A stretch of 64,000 nt of DNA from the NCBI GenBank assembly GCA_964019425.1, contig OZ025783.1, forward strand, positions 744,001 through 808,000. The letters are read 5' to 3'. This document shows positions 57,412-64,000 of the stretch, piece by piece. The position numbers and the translations under genes were made by a program. Source of the DNA: Flectonema sp. DT1601 (taxonomy: Eukaryota). Position 1 is the stretch's first letter; each line of letters opens with the position of its first letter. The notes under the pieces were generated by a model. That model worked only from the letters and a program-made list of their open reading frames with translations, made no database searches and was not told the origin of the DNA.

Positions 57412-57694
57412 GAAGGGAAAAAAAAAAAAAAGAAAAAAACAGATCAAAAATAAGAACGGTCGCAGATATTATTTCTGCTGTGTGTGTGGTAAGCTGAAGT
57501 CCAACCTGACAGGTTTAGTACTTGCGTTTGTCAGCTGGCTGATGAGCTTTCAACCATTTTAGTTTTGAACTCTCAAACTCTGACGACCGGTTTGATATTT
57601 TGGATTCCTGATCAACATTTCTGGTTTTTTTGGTGCCGCCTCCATTCTTTTGGGAGTTTGTAACAGTATTATTCACGAAAAAATAAAAAAAAAA

Positions 57695-58185
57695 GGGTTA
57701 TGGTCCAAAATACACCTGTGGCCCAACATCACCGAAGTGGCCCAAAATACACCAAACCTGTGGGACCTGGGGCTCCGGCCTGACTGTGCACCCTGGGGTC
57801 CCAACCACATAGCTGGGTATGAGGATGTCATGGTCACCCGAATTTTGTGGGTTCCCAACTTGTGACCAGGTATTACTCATACAACCATGAGGGTTTAGAG
57901 CGTAACTTGAAATACTGGAGGTGCATCACAACGCCAACAGAGACATACTACAATCGAAAAGCTCAATTTGCCACCTTTGTACCCTCGAGGAGGATGAAGA
58001 GGATTTATCAGATTCCGTCACAGAACCGGATTCTGAGACGTGCTTACTGTATAAGTTGTTATAAATCCGAAAATTGAACCCGTGGGAGCGTTTCCGTGCA
58101 CAAATTGATTTACGAGTTCCCAAAGCCAGGTTCGGTATATTTTGGGCCATTTGCAAAAAAAGAGGTGTATTTTGGGCCAGTGCCC
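57695..58185. mobile_element. Non-autonomous DNA transposon (MITE) with imperfect ~65-bp terminal inverted repeats
   Basis: Left end GGGTTATGGTCCAAAATACACCT...TGGCCCAAAATACACCAAACCTG. Right end, reverse-complemented: GGGCACTGGCCCAAAATACACCT...TGGCCCAAAATATACCGAACCTG. Both ends are flanked by A runs. Confidence 0.8.
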
Positions 58186-61100
58186 AAAAAAAAAAAAAAA
58201 AACTTGTGTGCACATCATATCCACTGACACTCAAAGTGTGCTGTAGTCATTTGGTGACCCTGCTAAAGCCCAGTGGGTGTTCCGTTTGTGTGAAATATAT
58301 GAAGTAAAGCAGGAAGCAAGTTTGAAAGGTCTCCTGTGGATTGACCTTCTTTTTCAAAAAAAAAAAAAAAAAAAATAGATAAATAAATTGTTACCTGCAG
58401 TACTATAGACAGAGGAATGAGTAAAGCTCTTAAATCTTCCAGAAAGGGAAGTAGTTTTTTTTTTTTTATATTTATTTGATTGATAATGTCCTTTAAGAAA
58501 AAAAAGGGAGTGTTTTTTTATATTTTTCTTTTTTTCCCGACACAGGCGATCGGCTTTTTAAAAAAGATAACAAAGAGAATGAAAATTAGTAGTAGTACCC
58601 GGCAATTGGATTTCTCTGGCAAAAAAAAGAAAAGAAAAACAAGAAAAAAGTTTATAAACCTTAGAGAGAAAAACAACTTGTGTCAAAGGACGCATAGCGA
58701 AAGACAGCGTATGCACAACTGCTTACTTTTATTCTTCCGTTCTTGGCTCCTCTTCCCTCTATTTTTTAATATACATATCTTTTTTTTGTTCTTTTTGAGT
58801 TGAATGACATCATAACTCACTGTCTTATTATTAAGTACGTTTTCCTCATAAGAACACATTGTACCCGATAACTTAGCAAAATAGGGCTGTTGGTTGTCGT
58901 TCTTCCTCCGCTTTTAATAAATTTCATATTTTTTTTCCCCCTCGTCCAACAAGCGAAAAATTGTCAGAACAAAAAAAAAAAAAAAAAAAAAAACCTAGTT
59001 AAAAATTCATATTTTAACTGGCGGCGTGCGTGTGATAAAACCTTCCTATTATTCCGTTTCAGGAAATTTTGGAAACAATTAATCATGCACCAGCGCAACA
59101 CAAACAAAAGTTTTTTTTTATTTATTTGTCTTTTTTTTTTTTTTTTTTTTGCACTGCATAAAAATCATTGTAAAGATACATGTATCTGAAGCCCTGTTGT
59201 GCAGTTTTTTTGTAAACGGGTGCCACATCAATGGTAGTATTAAAAGCGACCAAATATTATTTTTTTTGTTCTTTCCAGCTAAGATCTGTTAGTCTCTGAG
59301 TTGCTTATTTGCTTGCGTGTTGCTGCTGTCTTCAGCCTCAAATAAACGAGTTGATCTAATACCTTGTGATGAATACATTCGTATCATCGCGTAGTCTAAA
59401 TAACTACCCAGGTATAATAACCTCGCTTTTACCTGGCGAAAAAAACTTTCTTGTTTCTCTTTTTTCCACATTAGAAGAGAGGCATTATTTTTTTATATAG
59501 TTAGGAATGCGTTGGATGGTTAGTCACAAGGCGGAGGCCTCGCTGTCCCCATAAATATTCTAAAAAAAAAAAAAAAAATAAAGTTTATGAGCATTGCTTT
59601 GTTCTTTTTCTTCTTACCATATTCCGGGGAAAGGGAACCACTCTTGACAAGATAAGAACATCGTACGAACCAAAGAAAAAAAAGAATTACTGTGTGGTTC
59701 GTCAAAATAAATTATTATTCTCGTCTCGCTTCTACCAAGATGTGGGTGGCTGGGTGGGTGTGAGTATTTTCAGATCTAGAGCCTGTCTGTTATGCACCAT
59801 GCCCTTCCCTTGTTTCCGCTCAATCACTCGTAAACCGTTTCTACCTTTGTTTTTAAATTGCGAGACAATATTCACGGAAGAAAAAAAAAACACAATATAA
59901 CCTTTTGAAAAGGGTATTTGTATGAAATGTAATGTAATTCAAAAAGGCCGCTGGTATACATGTTTAGTCGCGGAACCTGTTCTTACCGTTGTTAAATACT
60001 AATTGTTTACTGACGATTTGTTTAATAGCGACTAACAAAGGACTCACAGATTACTTTTATTCATTCTAACGATTATTCGTTGACATAATTATTGCTAGGA
60101 CTTTGCTGCATTCCCCCCTCCCCTTTTTACATGGCAAGGTTTGGCTGAAACGTATTTAGTTTTAGCCACAAGTTGCTTTATATTTAATTACAGTATCAAG
60201 TTACCCCCCCTTTTTTTTTCTCTCGTTTCCTTTATAAGCAACTGTCCTGTTGTTAGAGGGACTTTAATTCAACACGACTTATTAATCTTTTTTCTTTTTT
60301 GAAACGTTTTCTTTTTTCCCCCCCCTTTTTTTCTAGTACTGCAGAATATGTGAGTACTTTTGTTGGTCCTGTCGCCTGCCTAGCGGGTGACATTCAATGT
60401 GGATCTGCTTCACTACCACCTTCACCACTACTATCGTCCGTTTTGTTATTTTTGGCGTACTCTATCTTATGCGTTCATTCACGTTGGGAACAAATCACCT
60501 ACAATTGAAACATGACTTTCCTCCCCCTCACGCCCGTATTTGCCTCGCCTCCGGAATCCGTGCGAGGCAATTGGGATTTTTCATTTTTTTTTTAAATGTA
60601 TTTTTTTTCCTGCTTCTCTTTTTCATACACGAAGGAGAGATCCTCGTCCTGTCTCTTTTTTTTTTTTTTTTTTTCCCTTTTTTTCCAATGGCAAAACAAA
60701 AAAAACAAAAAAAAAAAAAAAATTGAACAGGAAATTTAATTGTAACTGCTGGTATCGAGTTGGCTTCAGAGTGCTATTCCTTGGGCCTTGTTTTACTTGT
60801 TTTTCGTCTGCTGCACATTGCGGCAGAGTTGCTCAAGGTTTCTTGATTAGGAAATAACAGATGCACGCACTCAGATGGGGAAACGAAGCTCAGCATAAAT
60901 AAATATTGTACTTTTGTTTTAAAGTAGTTTTGCTTTTCTAGTCTTCCGAATACATCTGTGCAAAGGACAGCAGGTTTTCCCCAACTCCGAAACCTCAAAA
61001 GCAACGCCTTATTCTTTCTTCAGAAATAAGGACTTCACACAATTTAGCATATATGATAGGATTCTTAATTGTTAGTATCAGAAAAATCTGTATTTCGCAG

Positions 61101-64000
61101 AGGGGTAGCACACACCTTAGGTGAAAGCTTTGTTCTGTTTCTTACCCAGAAATCGATAAATCCCTTTAGTCGAGCGATTATGCAGTATCTGGGTACTTAT
61201 CAGAGTTTCTTATCATAAGTGAATTTGATTCGCGTTTTTCTTATTCCAATCCTTTTTTACGAAACTAAAAAAACGAAAAAAAAAAAAAAAAAAATCTTCT
61301 ACTTACATGCAATGTTCATGGACTGATGAGACACAAAAAAAAAAACAAAAAAAAAAAAACAGGAATGAGTTAAAGAAATGAAAAAAATAAATAAATGAAG
61401 TGACATACTCTTCTCAAAAACTAGCATTTCGTCTTTCCTATCTCCACTACCGATCTTTGTGAGGTTTTCTGACAGCTGATTGTGCATTTTGTTATGTAGC
61501 ACGAAACTATTAGTAGTTAGGCATGCATGAATCACTTCACAGGTGTCTTGCGACGTTGTGGTTTGGTTCTTTGGTAGAATAACTTCATTATAGCTACTAC
61601 TGGTACCTTGAATGCACCATATCAGCTCTTCATTAATCTCAGTGAAGAAAATCACAACACGCGCAGTCTGTGTTCTATCTTTTTTTTTTGACAATATTTA
61701 TTGTTTGAGATAAAGTACGATGGCATTCGGGGTTAAAGATAGCTGAAATCCTCTGGCCCGTCGCTCGCCAGCAAGAAGAGAGCGCTATAGCGCTTATTCT
61801 TGCTTGTGTATAACAAAAAGAAACTACGCTTCATTTTTTACGATGCTAGTTATTCTTCTCTTCATACAATCAAGTCGAATAGGTTCGCAATGGACGAAAT
61901 CCAACTTATTTTTCGCCTCGTCTACTCTGTTGTGTGATCGAAGAGAGAAGAGTTAGTTCTCAAAAGGCGGTTCATTGAATACCCTTTTTTGGAAGAGAGA
62001 AAAAATCCTGAGTTCCTAAGCAGCTCCCAGCTGACTCTCCGCATACGTTTGTATTCGGCGGAACGCTAATCCAGCTGAACTTCACATGAGCAGCAATTGA
62101 ATGTCGCTTGCGGATTATGAAAATCTCTCATTTCTGTGCGCAACGGATTGCTTTGGTTTCCAATTATTACTTTTCTTATTTATTGGATCTCGTTAAACAG
62201 GATTTAACGTTGATCTTGTCTTTAATACCTTTCACTTATTATTATTATATTGTTGTCCAGGTGAATGCAGTTTCGGCTCTCTGGACAGCTCGTTTTTCCC
62301 TTTGTTGCTTTGTGTTTCGGGTTCAGAGTTTTCTTGTTGAACATCGTTACCCGATAACATTATTTTATTGAACTATTATTTTATTTTTTATTTTAGAAAA
62401 TATATCTTGCATTGGTGACTAATATTTTTTTTTTTATTTGCATTCAGTGAATGGATTACACCAAACCCTTTTGTGTAAAAAAAAAAAGGTAATCCTTACC
62501 CGTTGTACTGCGGTTATTTTGGGTTCTTATTTCATTGCCCCTATCCTGAAGCTTTTTCAGGTCTTTCTGGATTATTTTTGACATCTCTTGCTATTCACTT
62601 AAAAAAAAAAAAAAAACAACCATTCAGATTAACCTTTTATTTCGTTTAGAACACAGACAGAATCCTGTCGCACGGGGAAATAAATCATGACCATATAAAT
62701 ATCGGCTTTCAATCTGAAAAGTTTATTCTCCCACTACGTCGGTACAAAAAAAAAAAAAAAAAAAAAAAAACGGCATATTTCCCACTAGAAGATAGTTGGG
62801 TTTTATCAAAGAGATAGGTTCTCGCATTTTTCTATCAAGTTGTGCGAAGACTTCATGATAAATAAATAGTATGAGTATTTGTTTGTTGTGCTCAACAACT
62901 AAAAAATGTTTCCCAAGAGGTCTCTTCAAATATGATTGTGTTGAATACACAACGAATATGAACAAATAAAGTCTTAGTTAGAAGTCTGGTGATCTGAATC
63001 CTGTGTTTTTGTAGTTGATGTTTATATTTAATCCGCCTGCTCGCTGTGGGATAAAAAGAAAGAAAAAAAATTACAACTATTTAGAATAACGGCCTAAAAA
63101 TAAGTTTCTTTTCATCTAAGTGTGGTCCCAGGGAGTTTTGACACCGAATTGGCACCAAATATCGAAAAAAAACAAAACAAAAAAAAAATTTGTTACGGAA
63201 CTGACGGTGAAAATCTTATTTTTTTTGGGTCGGTGTTCTGAAGAACGTGTAATATAATTTTCCGCTTTTACTCTCTGACGCCACGGTTATCTTCGCACGT
63301 TTGCTTTGCGCTATCCCTGACTGGTTTTCAAAAGCAATCATACTGAAAGTTATTTTTCATCTATCTTCTCTCCCATTTTTGCTAAAGAGATTCTTACTTA
63401 TCTCACGCTATCCCATAACCGATTTCACGATTTCCAGAATATTAAAAAACAAGCTACCTTACCCTGGGTTGGTCGTTTGTTGCGAAAAGCGGCACTGTCC
63501 GTTTATATACCTGCTACGTTTCAAAAGAAATATTTTTTATTTTTGCTACTAAAGGTTCCACTGCTATGTTAGTTAAACAGAAATAGCTGCTGTTAATTAT
63601 CTGTCTACTGAATGTAGAAATCATTCTTTTTCGCTATTATTTCTTTTTTTTACATAGGAATTCCTATTGCGTAGTTTGGTTAAACTAAAAAGAGAAGAAC
63701 GAGACGGGAGGGAGAGGGGGAAAAAAAAGAATAAAAAAAAATCGTATTTCAACCAGCTGTTTAGTGTTGGATTACTGTTGCTTGAACGCCCAATTTCTTT
63801 AATGGTGGATAACCAGCCTAAAGTGCAGGCTCTTCCAGCTTATTGACCCCCACTAATTTTAGTTGTTTTCTTTGGTTTTTACAGCCGCTCACAGTTCTTT
63901 GTTTGCTTATTTATTTTGCTCTTTTTTTTTTTTTTTTTTTTTTCCCCCGCCTCTCGTTTTTTTTTTTTTTTTTTTTGACACTTCTTGTGACCCCACTATT

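Noticed and set aside
57539..57612. Possible box C/D snoRNA (TGATGA...CTGA...CTGA)
   Set aside because: Imperfect C box, no convincing terminal stem, and no rRNA-complementary guide that I could recognise.
55260..64000. Many short Lys- or Phe-rich ORFs
   Set aside because: Products of A/T homopolymer runs with no recognisable domains.

Overview
Eukaryotic, AT-rich genomic DNA with long A/T homopolymer tracts. It is most likely from a euglenozoan flagellate, probably a diplonemid. This is an inference from three signs: every credible gene lies on the + strand as in a polycistronic cluster, IMPDH ends in a peroxisomal/glycosomal -SKL, and short cis-introns are present. About 16 protein genes are supported: the 3' part of an outer-arm dynein heavy chain, a C2H2 zinc-finger protein, an unknown multi-pass membrane protein, a MARCH6/Doa10-like E3 ligase, a Pro/Thr-repeat surface protein, CFAP70, a cytochrome b5-fused DES1-type desaturase, EMC3, an EF-hand coiled-coil protein, a PA28/PA26 proteasome activator, IMPDH, an LRR protein, an MDR oxidoreductase, a LOG-family enzyme and two RBPMS-like RRM paralogues. 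Eight introns were reconstructed by hand; all follow GT(A/T)TG(T/C)...ACAG and have A-rich rather than pyrimidine-rich 3' ends. The non-coding DNA contains a 491-bp MITE-like element with GGG...CCC inverted termini, a dispersed family of decayed repeats with conserved hairpins (possibly a retroposon-end RNA or ribozyme), probable decayed LINE fragments on the minus strand and several strong hairpins. No tRNA, rRNA, SL RNA or CRISPR array was recognised. All family assignments come from motif recognition, not from database searches.
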